A DNA stretch of 64,000 nucleotides from Gammaproteobacteria bacterium (GTDB lineage: Bacteria > Pseudomonadota > Gammaproteobacteria > Eutrophobiales > Eutrophobiaceae): assembly GCA_965116495.1 (NCBI GenBank), contig OZ220696.1, positions 2,112,001 through 2,176,000 on the forward strand, written 5' to 3'. The notes beneath the pieces were generated by a model that ran no database searches, had not been told where the DNA came from, and worked only from the letters and a program-made list of their open reading frames with translations. Positions 10,731 through 21,600 of the stretch are shown here, one piece after another; position 1 is the first letter of the stretch; the number at the start of each line of letters is the position of its first letter. A program made the translations under genes and the position numbers.

Positions 10731-11910
10731 GCTCCACCACCTGCCTGCGTACCTTGATACCGCGGGGGTAACGGTTTTCCAAATCAATTCGCAACAGGAT
10801 TGCGATCAGGATGCAACTGGAGACAATACTGTTGGCGCCGTAGCTGAACAAGGGCAGGGTCAGTCCCTTGGTAGGCAGCAGACCCACGTTCACACCCATG
10901 TGGATAAACGCCTGGATGCCTGTGAGCAGGCCGATACCATAGGCCATATGCGCGGCAAAGTATTTTCCCAACTGCTGCGCGTACCCTGCAATACTGAACG
11001 CACGCCAGACGAAGACAAAAAAAGCCAGCGTAACAAGCAGGACAAACACCAGGCCCAGCTCTTCAGCGGAAATGGCAAAAATAAAGTCCGTATGCGCCTG
11101 TGTCAGGTAAAACAGTTTCTGCACGCTACTGCCCAGGCCGACCCCGAACCACTCACCCCTGCCGAATGCGATCAGTGACTGGGTAAGCTGGTAACCCGAG
11201 TTGAACGGGTCCTGCCACGGGTCCATAAAAGACTTCAACCTCTCCATACGATACGGAGCGAAGATTACCAGCGCTCCCAATGCAGCAACCAGCACCGGCA
11301 CCCACAGGAAAAACCGGCTTGCCGGAATACCCGCCATGAACAACATTCCGATCGTCGTCAGGAAAATAATAATGACCGAGCCGTAATCCGGCTCCAGCAG
11401 CAACAGGCCGGACATGAGGGTTACGATGCCGACAGGCCGTATAAATCCGGTATAAGTAAGGTGCAAATGCGTGGCATGACGCACCAGGTACGCGGCTGAA
11501 TAACTAATAATACAAACCTTGGCCAGTTCCGAACTCTGAAAATTAACGGGACCCAGCCTGATCCAACGTACGCTGCCATTGATCTCTTTGCCTATGCCGG
11601 GGATCAATACCAGAACGAGCAACGCCATCGCCGCGAACAGCAAAGGCGTGCTCATTTTCTCCCACAGGGACATCGGGGTTTTCAGGATGATGCCACCCAG
11701 CGCCAGACCGACCAGCACGGCAAGAATTTGCCGCCGGAAGTAGTAATAAGGATCATGGTGCAAGCGTTCGGCAAGAGAAACGGATGCGGACGAAACCATG
11801 ACGATTCCTGCTACCAGCAGGAACATGACAACCAGGACCAGCCAGGGGTCATATTCGTGCCAGTTGGCAGTCTTTACATCTTGGATCCGGATTGCCTGCA
11901 GTTTCCGCAT
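10720..11910 (-). CDS. ftsW: Peptidoglycan polymerase FtsW
   Basis: Polytopic SEDS protein: NGSVRWI, FQSSELAK, EPDYGS, AHTDFIFA, PTKGLTLP. ATG at 11910 overlaps the murD stop. Confidence 0.97.
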   Translation of the reverse strand: MRKLQAIRIQDVKTANWHEYDPWLVLVVMFLLVAGIVMVSSASVSLAERLHHDPYYYFRRQILAVLVGLALGGIILKTPMSLWEKMSTPLLFAAMALLVLVLIPGIGKEINGSVRWIRLGPVNFQSSELAKVCIISYSAAYLVRHATHLHLTYTGFIRPVGIVTLMSGLLLLEPDYGSVIIIFLTTIGMLFMAGIPASRFFLWVPVLVAALGALVIFAPYRMERLKSFMDPWQDPFNSGYQLTQSLIAFGRGEWFGVGLGSSVQKLFYLTQAHTDFIFAISAEELGLVFVLLVTLAFFVFVWRAFSIAGYAQQLGKYFAAHMAYGIGLLTGIQAFIHMGVNVGLLPTKGLTLPLFSYGANSIVSSCILIAILLRIDLENRYPRGIKVRRQVVEHEN

Positions 11911-13301
11911 TATTTTCCGACTCCGGTCGAGAACCCGGTGACACAACGTTTAAACGCGTCGCCCCGATCAGCGTAGTCCGTGAACATATCGAAACTGGCG
12001 CAGGCAGGGGACAGCAGTACCGTATCTCCCGGTTGAGCAAGACGGAATGCCGTATTGACCGCTGCCGCCAGGCTCGTCGCGTAAAATACGGACTTCCCGT
12101 CGGGCACGATGCCGGCAATTTCATGCGCGCTCCTGCCAATCAGAATGGCCGACTTGACGTGTTTCTCTATTGCGCTTCCCAGGGGTGAAAAATCTGCGCC
12201 CTTCCCATCGCCGCCGGCAATCAGGAGAATATTCCTGCGATTATCCGCCAAGCCGCGCAGGGCTGCCAGCGTGGCGCCAACGTTTGTTCCTTTTGAGTCA
12301 TTGAACCAGTTGACACCGTTGAACTCGGCTACCCACTCACAGCGGTGCGGCAGCCCGGTAAATTCGGTTAACGCCTCCAGCAGGGCGGACATGGGCAGGT
12401 CCAGAGCCATGCCCAATGCAAGACACGCCAGGATATTCGCCAGGTTATGTCTGCCATGGACCTTGAGTTCGGATTGTTTTACCAGTGCGGCCTGGTTATT
12501 CATCAGCCAGTTTTCACCGTTACGGTTGCTGATACTGAAGTCGGCTTCAGCCTGTGTCAGGGAATAGGTGATCACTCGGCGCCCGGGCCGTAACATGCCC
12601 AGGACGCGTTCATCATCCAGGTTGATAACCATCGTACCGTCACCCGCATAAATTTTTTCCTTGATGCGTGCGTAGTCCCGGAGATCTTGATAACGGTCAA
12701 GGTGGTCGGCTGAAACATTAAGCACCGTTGCGGCAACGGGCCTGTGAGAATACAAGGTCTCCAATTGGAAACTGGATAGTTCCAGTATGTAATAATCAGG
12801 CGCCGGCAGCGGCAATAAATCCAGCGCCGGCGTACCGATATTTCCACCCAGACCAACCCGCAGACCGGACCGCCTGAACATCTCTGCCAGCAAACTCACG
12901 ACCGTGCTCTTGCCGTTGGAACCGGTTACTGCAATAAGCGGCGCGTTTATGTTGCGACAGAAAATTTCCACGTCGCCCAGGATTTCTACTCCTGCACGGC
13001 GCGCGGCGCGGATGGCCGGATGAGCCGGGTCTATTCCGGGACTGATGATTAACCTGCGCGCCCGGCACAGCAGACCGGGTTCAAAATCACCGGGAAAGAA
13101 CGGTACCAGAGGGTAATGCCGCTGCAGGTCCTCAAGTTCCGGCGGCGCCTGCCTGGAGTCAGCGACGCCCAGGCTTTCCCCTGTTTCCGCCAGGTACCTG
13201 ACACAGGATAAGCCGGTCTTGCCCAGGCCTAATACCAGCGTGTCGAACCGTTGCGCAGTTTCAGGCATAACGTGATTGCCTGGATCAGATAAAGCCTGCA
13301 T
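11910..13301 (-). CDS. murD: UDP-MurNAc-L-Ala--D-Glu ligase
   Basis: GLGKTG, TGSNGKST, ELSSFQLE, NDSKGTN, SPACASFDMF. Start uncertain (13268, 13301 or 13316). Confidence 0.97.
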   Translation of the reverse strand: MQALSDPGNHVMPETAQRFDTLVLGLGKTGLSCVRYLAETGESLGVADSRQAPPELEDLQRHYPLVPFFPGDFEPGLLCRARRLIISPGIDPAHPAIRAARRAGVEILGDVEIFCRNINAPLIAVTGSNGKSTVVSLLAEMFRRSGLRVGLGGNIGTPALDLLPLPAPDYYILELSSFQLETLYSHRPVAATVLNVSADHLDRYQDLRDYARIKEKIYAGDGTMVINLDDERVLGMLRPGRRVITYSLTQAEADFSISNRNGENWLMNNQAALVKQSELKVHGRHNLANILACLALGMALDLPMSALLEALTEFTGLPHRCEWVAEFNGVNWFNDSKGTNVGATLAALRGLADNRRNILLIAGGDGKGADFSPLGSAIEKHVKSAILIGRSAHEIAGIVPDGKSVFYATSLAAAVNTAFRLAQPGDTVLLSPACASFDMFTDYADRGDAFKRCVTGFSTGVGK

Positions 13302-13337
13302 TCTTGTCAATCCCAAGTATTAACACTCAATCCCCCG

Positions 13338-14420
13338 TCACCTGATCTTCAGGCTCGCCAACCCGATCAGGACCAGGATCACCGTGATAATCCAGAAGCG
13401 CACGATAACCCGCGGCTCGGGCCAGCCTTTTAACTCGTAGTGATGGTGTAACGGCGCCATACGAAATATCCTCCTACCGGTCAATTTGTATGACGTTACC
13501 TGCAACATGACTGAAAGCGTTTCAATTACGAATACGCCGCCCATGATGAACAGGACAAGCTCCTGTCTGACGACGACAGCTATGGTTCCGAGCGCAGCAC
13601 CCAGTGACAAGGCGCCGATATCTCCCATGAACACCTGGGCCGGGTAGGTGTTAAACCAGAGGAAACCCAGACCGGAACCGGCAATCGCTGCACAGACAAT
13701 ACAGATTTCCCCAACCTGGGGCACATAGGGAAGACCGAGATATTCGGCAAACCTGATATTGCCGGCCACGTAGGCAAACGCGGTCAGACCGCCGACTACC
13801 ATGACGGTCGGTAGAATTGCCAGGCCGTCCAGGCCGTCCGTGAGATTTACCGCGTTGCTCGACCCGACGATGACGAAATAGCTTGTCACGATGAATAACA
13901 GGCCCAACTCATAATCAAAGGACTTGATAAACGGCAGGATCAGGCGGGTTTCGGCGGGGACTTCCGCACTGGCATACAGGAAAGCGGCTGTGGACAATGC
14001 GAACACCGATTGCCAGAAATACTTCCAGCGCGCGCTCAGTCCCCTGGGGTCCTTGCGCACGATCTTGCGATAGTCATCCACCCAGCCCAGCAGGCCAAAA
14101 GCCAGGATGACGATAAAGACTACCCATACAAACCGGTTTGAGAGGTCCGCCCAGCACAACACGCTGAAGGATATGGAGAGCAGGATCAACAGGCCACCCA
14201 TCGTAGGGGTGCCGGCTTTTTGGAGGTGCGTTTCCGGTCCGTCATCCCGCACTTCCTGGCCGATCCGGTATTTATCCAGGTAGCGGATCAGCCATGGCCC
14301 GATCAGCAAAGTTACAAACAACGCTGTCAAGGCCCCCAGTATGGTACGCGTGATTATGTATTGAAACGCATTGAAACCGCTGTAGAGCGGGGTCAGATAT
14401 TCGGCCAGCCACAGTAACAT
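13338..14420 (-). CDS. mraY: Phospho-MurNAc-pentapeptide transferase
   Basis: [38 protein letters not shown]. Confidence 0.99.
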   Translation of the reverse strand: MLLWLAEYLTPLYSGFNAFQYIITRTILGALTALFVTLLIGPWLIRYLDKYRIGQEVRDDGPETHLQKAGTPTMGGLLILLSISFSVLCWADLSNRFVWVVFIVILAFGLLGWVDDYRKIVRKDPRGLSARWKYFWQSVFALSTAAFLYASAEVPAETRLILPFIKSFDYELGLLFIVTSYFVIVGSSNAVNLTDGLDGLAILPTVMVVGGLTAFAYVAGNIRFAEYLGLPYVPQVGEICIVCAAIAGSGLGFLWFNTYPAQVFMGDIGALSLGAALGTIAVVVRQELVLFIMGGVFVIETLSVMLQVTSYKLTGRRIFRMAPLHHHYELKGWPEPRVIVRFWIITVILVLIGLASLKIR

Positions 14421-15778
14421 TACGCCACCCTCTCGGCCACCAGGGCGTCAACCACGCGTTCCATGGACATGGACCTGGAGCCTTTGACCAGCAGGTTCAC
14501 ACCGGGCCGCAGTTCCCGGCGCAAGGTCTCAAGCAGGTCATCCAGCAATTCGAAATGCCTGGCACCTGCGCCGAACCCCCTGACCGAATGCATAGCAAGC
14601 TCACCAATCCCGTACAGGCGTTCGATACCGAGCGCCCGGGCCTGGGTGCCGGCCTCCTCATGAAGCCTGGCGGACGCAATGCCCAGTTCACCCATATCAC
14701 CCAGTATCAACCAGGAGTGTCCCGGCAATTCACTCACTACCTCGAGCGCCGCGTTCAGCGACGCGGGATTTGCATTGTAGCTATCGTCAATAATGCGTAT
14801 GTCCTGCAACCCGGTCTTCAATTGCAACCTGCCCTTTACGGGACGTACTTTCTCAAGCCCTTCCCTGATCTGCTCCAGTGGGGTATCGACGGCGATACAA
14901 CAGGCTGCGGCCGCCAGCGCGTTGAGGACGTTATGTGTGCCGTGCAGACTTAATTCCGTATTCACCTTACTGTTGTGGAATTCCAGGTCAAACCGGGTTC
15001 TGCCCCCGGTAAGGTCCGTAGTGATGTTGCTTGCGGTGACGTCGGCATTTGCGGCCAGGCCGAACGTGACTTGCCTGTTCTGCCGGGAACGCTCAAGCCA
15101 CAAACTGGCGAAGTCGTCATCGATGTTGATAATTGCGGCACCACCGGGAGCCAGCCCTTCGTAAATCTCGGCCTTGGCTTCGGCCACGCCTGCAATAGAA
15201 CCAAAACCCTCAAGATGCGCAGGGGCGCACTGGGTGATTAAAGCTACATCCGGCCTGGTAATCCGGCTTAACCAGCGTATCTCTCCGGCGTGATTGGCAC
15301 CCATTTCGACCACGCCAAAGCGGTGTTCGGGCGCCAGTCTGAACAGGGTCAGCGGGACACCGATGTCATTGTTTAAATTCCCCTGTGTAGACAACACCTC
15401 CGCTTCGGCTGACAGGATGGCCTTGATCATTTCCTTGACCGTGGTCTTGCCGTTACTGCCCGTCACCGCAATGATAGGTACGTTGAACCCGGCTCGCCAG
15501 TGACCGGCCAGCAGACCGGATCGCTTCCTGGCGTCATCTACCCTGATCACGGACAGCGGATAAGCAGCATCCCTGTCCACCAGGGCCGCGCCGGCACCTT
15601 TTGCAACAGCATCAGGGATGAAATCATGACCGTCTCTCGCCGCCCCCCGCAGGGCGATAAAAAGTTCACCGGGTTGCAGTGTCCGGCTGTCATAACTGCA
15701 ACCGCTGAACATCCGGTCTTCTCCCCTGAGTTTTCCATTGAGTGCGGCGCAGGCAGTTGATAATTGCATACTGATCAC
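14420..15778 (-). CDS. murF: UDP-MurNAc-tripeptide--D-Ala-D-Ala ligase
   Basis: [36 protein letters not shown]. Confidence 0.98.
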   Translation of the reverse strand: MISMQLSTACAALNGKLRGEDRMFSGCSYDSRTLQPGELFIALRGAARDGHDFIPDAVAKGAGAALVDRDAAYPLSVIRVDDARKRSGLLAGHWRAGFNVPIIAVTGSNGKTTVKEMIKAILSAEAEVLSTQGNLNNDIGVPLTLFRLAPEHRFGVVEMGANHAGEIRWLSRITRPDVALITQCAPAHLEGFGSIAGVAEAKAEIYEGLAPGGAAIINIDDDFASLWLERSRQNRQVTFGLAANADVTASNITTDLTGGRTRFDLEFHNSKVNTELSLHGTHNVLNALAAAACCIAVDTPLEQIREGLEKVRPVKGRLQLKTGLQDIRIIDDSYNANPASLNAALEVVSELPGHSWLILGDMGELGIASARLHEEAGTQARALGIERLYGIGELAMHSVRGFGAGARHFELLDDLLETLRRELRPGVNLLVKGSRSMSMERVVDALVAERVA

Positions 15779-17286
15779 CCGGATTCCTCCAGCAAACGCC
15801 TCACCTGTTGCCGATCGCTGAAGGGATAACGGGTACCTGCGATTTCCTGACAGGTTTCATGTCCCTTACCGGCAATCAGTACCGCATCAGCAGGACCGGC
15901 TTTCTCCAGCGCCAGTTCGATGGCCCTGGAACGGTTGCGTTCGACAGTGGTCGCGCCTTTGCCGGTTATGCCGGAAAGGATGGCCTCAATAATGTCGTCC
16001 CCTGGTTCAGACCTCGGGTTATCATCAGTCAAAATCACTTCATCAGAAAGTATCTGCGCCGTTTCTCCCATTTGCGGACGCTTTTCCACATCCCGTTCGC
16101 CGCCACAGCCGAAAACACAGATCAGTCGCCCGGCGCAGCATTCCCGCAGGCTTGCCAGGGCCTGTTCGAGAGCGGCGGGGGTATGTGCGTAATCGACGAC
16201 GATACGCAACCCGTCTGTGCGTATGAAAGTCTCCATACGACCGGGCACCGGGCCAATGTTTTCCATCTTTTCCAGAATCCGGTCCATGGGGAAACCCGCC
16301 AGGCCCAGTACCGAAACCGCAGCCAGTATATTTCCGACGTTGAATTTGCCCGTTACGCCCGGCCGAAGCCGGCCGTTGCCCCAGGGGCTGGCAATGTCCA
16401 GGACAAGTTCGGCACCTGGCGCCGGCGTCGCCTTGACGACCGGACAGACTGACTGCCGGGGGTTGCCTGACAGGCCGTAGCCGATCGCTTCGATATCCGC
16501 CGGGAGACCACGCAGTATTTTGCGCCCGTAGGGATCATCACAGTTCACAACGGCAGCACGCAATGGACGGAACGCAAACAATTTTTCCTTGGCCCGGAAG
16601 TACTCCTGCAGGTCCCGGTGGTAATCCAGGTGATCCCGGCTGAGGTTGGTGAATACGGCAACGTCGAAATCGACCCCGTTGACGCGTCCCTGGTCAAGTG
16701 CATGGGACGATACCTCCATGAATGCCGTGTCCATGCCCGCTTCGACGAAACCGGCAAAAAGACGTTGCAGACTGACCGCACCCGGAGTCGTATTAAGCCC
16801 GGATTGAAGGCGCGGGTAAGGGCCGTATCCAAGCGTACCTATCAGGCCCGGCTGTCCCTGTGTCAATAATGAATGGACTTTCGCCAACCACCAGCTTACC
16901 GAGGTTTTACCGTTGGTTCCCGTGACACCGGTGAGACTCAGGTGTTTTGTAGGGTCGCCGTAAAACCGCCCGGCTATCAACCCCAGTTTGTCCCGTAATC
17001 CCGGCACGGGAATCAGCGCGGTCCGGCGCCGGTCCAGGTCGGACAGCAGTTCATCATCAACGGCTACTGCCGCAGCCCCCGCTTCGATGGCAGCGCGAAT
17101 GAACAGGCTGCCGCGGGTGTTCGTCCCCCGGCAGGCGAGAAATAAATCACCCTCCCGGACATCCCGGCTGTCTGAACTGATCCCCCGTATTGAAATATCG
17201 TTTTCAATACGCGCATCCGTCATGTCTTCCAGCAGTGTCTGCAATGGAAAACCGGTTTGACGCTTGTTTATGGACAACCTCATCAC
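15775..17286 (-). CDS. murE: UDP-MurNAc-dipeptide--DAP ligase
   Basis: TGTNGKTS, EVSSHALDQ, DYAHTP, DNPR, AGKGHE. Confidence 0.98.
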   Translation of the reverse strand: MMRLSINKRQTGFPLQTLLEDMTDARIENDISIRGISSDSRDVREGDLFLACRGTNTRGSLFIRAAIEAGAAAVAVDDELLSDLDRRRTALIPVPGLRDKLGLIAGRFYGDPTKHLSLTGVTGTNGKTSVSWWLAKVHSLLTQGQPGLIGTLGYGPYPRLQSGLNTTPGAVSLQRLFAGFVEAGMDTAFMEVSSHALDQGRVNGVDFDVAVFTNLSRDHLDYHRDLQEYFRAKEKLFAFRPLRAAVVNCDDPYGRKILRGLPADIEAIGYGLSGNPRQSVCPVVKATPAPGAELVLDIASPWGNGRLRPGVTGKFNVGNILAAVSVLGLAGFPMDRILEKMENIGPVPGRMETFIRTDGLRIVVDYAHTPAALEQALASLRECCAGRLICVFGCGGERDVEKRPQMGETAQILSDEVILTDDNPRSEPGDDIIEAILSGITGKGATTVERNRSRAIELALEKAGPADAVLIAGKGHETCQEIAGTRYPFSDRQQVRRLLEESG

Positions 17287-18998
17287 CTGGTGTTATTGGC
17301 GAGCAGCGCCTGTTGTTTCAATCCGATCAGGTTATCAGGGGGAATATTCAATATCCGTAACGCCCCCTGCATCACATTGGCAAACACCGGTGCTGCAACC
17401 AGGCTGCCAAAATACTTGCCTGCCCCGGGATCATCGATTACCACGACCAGAACCAGGCGCGGTTCCGTTGCCGGGGCAAACCCGGCAAACAGTGAAACGT
17501 AACGGTCCTCTTCGTAACCGGAGGCCGAGGCCTTGTGTGCCGTGCCCGTTTTACCGGCGATATGGTAACCGTCGACAGCCGCCCGCCTGCCGCTACCTCC
17601 CGGCCCTACCACTGCCCGCATCATCCTGTTCACTTCAAACGCGACCATTTCCGGCATGACCCGGCGCGGAGCAGGAATGCTGGTGACTTTCTGAAAGCTG
17701 ATCGGGTATAACAGGCCGCCGGACGCAATGACGGAATAGGCCTGCGCCAACTGCATGGCAGTCACCGAGATACCGTACCCGTATGAAATCGTCGCCAGGT
17801 TAAACCTGGACCAGTCGGTATAATCAGAGAGTGTTCCCGCCACTTCTCCGGGATAGCTGCTCATGGTCAGGCTGCCGAAACCGATTTTATGATGCAGGTC
17901 CCAAAGCCGCTCAGCACCCAGCGACAGCGCGACTTTTGTTGAGCCGATATTACTTGATTTCCGAATCACGTCGCTGATGCTCAAGGTCCCATAATTATTT
18001 ATATCGCTGATCGAGTAGCGGCCGATTCTCAGGCGTCCCGGTTCGGTCTCTACCATGGTCTCCGGTCGGTACAGTCCCGAAATCAGCGCCGCTGCGATGG
18101 TAAACGGCTTTATAGTGGAACCGGGCTCGAATACATCAGTTACCACGCGGTTCCGGTACAGGTTACCTTTGAGGTCAGCACGATTGTTGGGATTGAACGG
18201 AGGTTGTACCGCCAGGGCAAGTACTTCACCGGTCCGGACGCCGAGCAACAACAGCATCCCTCCCCTGGCCTTATGGTTTATAACTGCTGATTGCAGTTCC
18301 CGGTATGCCAGGTATTGCAGGCGCTGGTCCAGTGCCAGGGCCAGGGATTGGCCGGGAACGGGTTGTTTGATATTTTCTATATCCTTGACGACCGAACCAT
18401 ACAGGTCTTTCAATACCCGTTTTTTGCCCGGAGCACCCCGTAACCAGTCATCAAAAGCAAGCTCGATGCCTTCCTGCCCGTCATCATCAACATTGGTAAA
18501 CCCGATCAGGTGAGAAGCCACTTCGCCGATGGGGTAATACCTTTTGTACTCCTTGCCGATATTGATCCCCGGAATCTTCAGGGCCCGCACCTGACGAGCC
18601 AGATCGGGAGGGATGTGTCTCCTGATATACACGAAGTTCCTCTCCCGCCGGTCGGCCAGGAACTGCCGGATTTCTGCTGCCGATGTATCCAGCAGACCGG
18701 CCAGTTCACCCAGGTCAACCTCTGAGTCCATGACTTTCCCCGGTACGGCCCAAATAGATGCCACCGGCGTGCTGACGGCCAGGGGCTCACCATTCCGGTC
18801 CGTAATCATGCCCCGGTAGGCGGGGATGGTAACGCTGCGGATAGCCCTGGCGTCACCTTCGTTTATCAGAAAATCCTTGTTTATCTGCAGGTAGAAGACT
18901 CGACAGGCTACTGCCGTTGCCGCGATGCCAAACAGGACCAGCAGAAACCACTTACGTCGGGCATAACCACTTTCCGGTATGGCTTTGGCTTTGCTCAT
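17283..18998 (-). CDS. ftsI: Penicillin-binding protein 3
   Basis: EPGSTIK (SxxK), SSN (SxN), KTGT; N-terminal TM. Confidence 0.97.
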   Translation of the reverse strand: MSKAKAIPESGYARRKWFLLVLFGIAATAVACRVFYLQINKDFLINEGDARAIRSVTIPAYRGMITDRNGEPLAVSTPVASIWAVPGKVMDSEVDLGELAGLLDTSAAEIRQFLADRRERNFVYIRRHIPPDLARQVRALKIPGINIGKEYKRYYPIGEVASHLIGFTNVDDDGQEGIELAFDDWLRGAPGKKRVLKDLYGSVVKDIENIKQPVPGQSLALALDQRLQYLAYRELQSAVINHKARGGMLLLLGVRTGEVLALAVQPPFNPNNRADLKGNLYRNRVVTDVFEPGSTIKPFTIAAALISGLYRPETMVETEPGRLRIGRYSISDINNYGTLSISDVIRKSSNIGSTKVALSLGAERLWDLHHKIGFGSLTMSSYPGEVAGTLSDYTDWSRFNLATISYGYGISVTAMQLAQAYSVIASGGLLYPISFQKVTSIPAPRRVMPEMVAFEVNRMMRAVVGPGGSGRRAAVDGYHIAGKTGTAHKASASGYEEDRYVSLFAGFAPATEPRLVLVVVIDDPGAGKYFGSLVAAPVFANVMQGALRILNIPPDNLIGLKQQALLANNTR

Positions 18999-19261
18999 GG
19001 CACCAGAAAAACCAGGGAATCGTTGTCCGGCGCCTGCATGTCCAATTCTTCCTTCACCATAAGCTCGACCCGCTCATCAACCGTCCAGGCGCTCTGTTCA
19101 ATCTGGAGTCTGCCCCATTCCTCATTCAACAAGTCACGCTTTTTTTTCAACTGCTCTATCTCCATAAAAACCTTGCGTGACGTATGCTGCGTCTGGACTA
19201 CCGATACGGCTGAAACCAGTACGGTAAAAACCAGGAAGAAGATAACTGTCGGCTTTATCAC
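18995..19261 (-). CDS. ftsL: Cell division protein FtsL
   Basis: TM plus coiled coil EWGRLQIEQS, between rsmH and ftsI. Confidence 0.93.
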   Translation of the reverse strand: MIKPTVIFFLVFTVLVSAVSVVQTQHTSRKVFMEIEQLKKKRDLLNEEWGRLQIEQSAWTVDERVELMVKEELDMQAPDNDSLVFLVP

Positions 19262-20199
19262 GGCAGTTTCTCGGCAACCCTCAGAACCGCGCTACGGGCC
19301 CTTGGATTGGCCTGTTTTGCTTCGTTTCCGCTCTTGAGCGGCCGGCCGATTGCGTGCATCCCGGGTTTGATATCGCTGGCGGAAACGGGCAGGTAACTGG
19401 GATAGGGATCGGCGCGGGATTGTTGCCTTATGAACCTTTTTACAATCCGGTCCTCCCCGGAATGAAAACTTATTACGGCCAGTCTTCCCCCGACCCGTAA
19501 CACATCGGTTACCTGCGTCAGTACTGTCTTTAACTCTTCCAGCTCATTATTTACGTGGATCCTGATGGCCTGGAATGAGCGGGTCGCAGGATGCTTGCCT
19601 CTTTCAGTGGTCGGTACCGCGGCCTTAACCAGCTCGGACAATTCCCGCGTGGTACTGAGGTCTTTGCGGGAACGCGCAGCCACAATGGCCCGGGCAATCC
19701 TCCCGGCATATCTCTCTTCACCGTAATGACGCAATATACCGGACAATTCTGCTTTGCTCGCCTGGTTGATCCATTCCGCGGCACTGAATCCCTCATCAGG
19801 GTTCATCCTCATATCCAGCACGCCGTCCTTGAGAAAACTGAAACCGCGGGAGGCGTTGTCCAGTTGTGGCGAGGAAACGCCGAGGTCAAATAACAAACCG
19901 TCTATCGCGCCCAGCAAATCCATTTGTCCTATGACCTCAGCAAGACGGGTGAAAGAACCATGGAAACAGCTGAAACGTTTGTCGCCGGCAAACTCGGTTT
20001 GGGCAACGCGCAGCGCGTCCGGATCCTTGTCGAAAGCCAGTAAACGACCGCGGCTGTCAAGTCGCAGCAGGAGCGCTCTGCTATGGCCACCGCGACCGAA
20101 CGTACAATCCACATAACAGCCATCAGGTCGTACCTGAAGAGCATCCAACACCTCATTGAGAAATACCGGTTTATGTGCGTAGCCACTCAACTTCAACAA
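19258..20199 (-). CDS. rsmH: 16S rRNA m4C1402 methyltransferase
   Basis: DCTFGRGGHS, DLGVSSPQLD, HPATRSFQAIRI, NPRARSA. Confidence 0.98.
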   Translation of the reverse strand: MLKLSGYAHKPVFLNEVLDALQVRPDGCYVDCTFGRGGHSRALLLRLDSRGRLLAFDKDPDALRVAQTEFAGDKRFSCFHGSFTRLAEVIGQMDLLGAIDGLLFDLGVSSPQLDNASRGFSFLKDGVLDMRMNPDEGFSAAEWINQASKAELSGILRHYGEERYAGRIARAIVAARSRKDLSTTRELSELVKAAVPTTERGKHPATRSFQAIRIHVNNELEELKTVLTQVTDVLRVGGRLAVISFHSGEDRIVKRFIRQQSRADPYPSYLPVSASDIKPGMHAIGRPLKSGNEAKQANPRARSAVLRVAEKLP

Positions 20200-20214
20200 T
20201 ACGTTACCAAGGCA

Positions 20215-20664
20215 TCACAAGGACAGTGTTTGCAGCGCTCCGGTCGAACTCCCTTTTTCATCGCTCAACCAGTTGTCGCGCTGTTCGTCCCAGTTCTCCC
20301 TGTTCCAGATTTCGAACTTGTTACCCTGTCCCAGGATGGTGGCCTGCCTGTCAAGTTGGGCGTAGTTGCGCAGTTCGGCGGGGATCAGGATTCTCCCGTG
20401 GCTATCCAGTTGGCAATCTGTCGCATACCCGCGCATCATCTGCTTGGTCCTGCGGCTCTGCTTGTCGAAATCCGACAACTCTGCTAGTTTCTCCTCTATG
20501 AGTTCCCATGCAGGTAACGGATACAACCACAGGCAGCGGTCCAGCGGGTTGAGAGTTTGCACAAGGCAACCGTCAGCAATCCCCATGAGCCGTTCGCGAA
20601 AACGGCTGGGAATGGCGAGCCTGCCTTTGCTGTCCAGACTTACGTTGCTGGAACTTCGGAACAC
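20215..20664 (-). CDS. mraZ: Division/cell wall cluster repressor MraZ
   Basis: LDSKGRLAIP and LDSHGRILIP AbrB-like repeats. Confidence 0.97.
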   Translation of the reverse strand: MFRSSSNVSLDSKGRLAIPSRFRERLMGIADGCLVQTLNPLDRCLWLYPLPAWELIEEKLAELSDFDKQSRRTKQMMRGYATDCQLDSHGRILIPAELRNYAQLDRQATILGQGNKFEIWNRENWDEQRDNWLSDEKGSSTGALQTLSL

Positions 20665-20689
20665 ACTGCACCCCCCCTATACATTTATT

Positions 20690-20714
20690 ACCACATTTAC
20701 CCACTTTCTCCCAC
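20690..20714 (-). promoter_or_regulatory. MraZ operator: three GTGG(G/T) boxes at 10-bp periodicity
   Basis: Minus strand reads GTGGGagaaaGTGGGtaaatGTGGT just upstream of mraZ, matching known MraZ binding repeats. Confidence 0.8.
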
Positions 20715-20924
20715 AATTTGTAACTATAGGTAGCAAGTGGCCGCCATGTCAAGTAAATCTCGTAACTTTTCGGTAAAAATCTATCCGTGTTACAGGCACT
20801 TAGGAGATACCGATACCGTGATGGTCTGGTTGTAAGAACGGATACGGCTATACAAATCTTTAAATATTATGCAGTTGTAATACTTTGTTAAGAAAATCCC
20901 GAATATCAGGGGTCAGGATGGACT

Positions 20925-21043
20925 CGTCATTCCCGCGAATGCGGGAATCCAGTGAAATACTGTATCACCCCCAGGGCGACCCTTTATATTACTGGATGCC
21001 GGAACAAGCCTGCCCTGGCCTTGAGGCAGGGTCCGGCATGACG
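20925..21043. repeat. CGTC-type REP-like palindrome pair
   Basis: CGTCATTCCCGCGAATGCGGGAATCCAGT (20925-20953) and inverted ACTGGATGCCGGA...TCCGGCATGACG (20991-21043). Confidence 0.8.
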
Positions 21044-21071
21044 AGGAAAGTAGGCGACACAGTTCTCAAGA

Positions 21072-21445
21072 GGGGGAGTCAGCCTGTAAGCCGGGTTCTG
21101 TCATGGACAACCATTCATCTGGGGTGCATGTCACCATACACCTCAAGCGGCCTACCCGGGGGCAATGCGGGCCACATTATCGCCCCCTTATTTGGCCTTG
21201 CTCCAGGCGGGGTTTACCATGCCGTGCCTGTTGCCAGCCACGCGGTGCGCTCTTACCGCACCTTTTCACCCTTACCCGGCCACTTTAACAGTGATCGGGC
21301 GGTATATTTTCTGTGGCACTTTCCGTCGGCTCACGCCGCCCAGGAGTTACCTGGCGCCCTGCCCCTGCGGAGCCCGGACTTTCCTCTGCCGGAACCTGAC
21401 GAGTGACCTCATTCCGTCCCGACAGCGATTGCCCGGCTGACTCCC
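21072..21445 (-). ncRNA. rnpB: RNase P RNA, class A
   Basis: Minus strand has GAGGAAAGTCCGGGCTCC and 3' ACAGAACCCGGCTTA; P1 helix GGGAGTCAGCC/GGCTGACTCCC; usual position between rsmI and mraZ. Confidence 0.97.
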
Positions 21446-21600
21446 GTTACTATATTAGGTTGGAACCGTCCCGCTTTCAACTGCGTCTGTTAGGAACAAT
21501 AACCCGGTGAGTGCTTGAACCGGCTGCTACCTGCCCTTATCATTGCAAGCCGCGCAAAATCCAGGTTTACGAAAACAATATATTAACAACAGGAGATCAG

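Noticed and set aside
20885-21440. ORFs 20885-21406, 21103-21288 and 21165-21440
   Set aside because: Antisense to rnpB and overlapping REPs; typical spurious calls.
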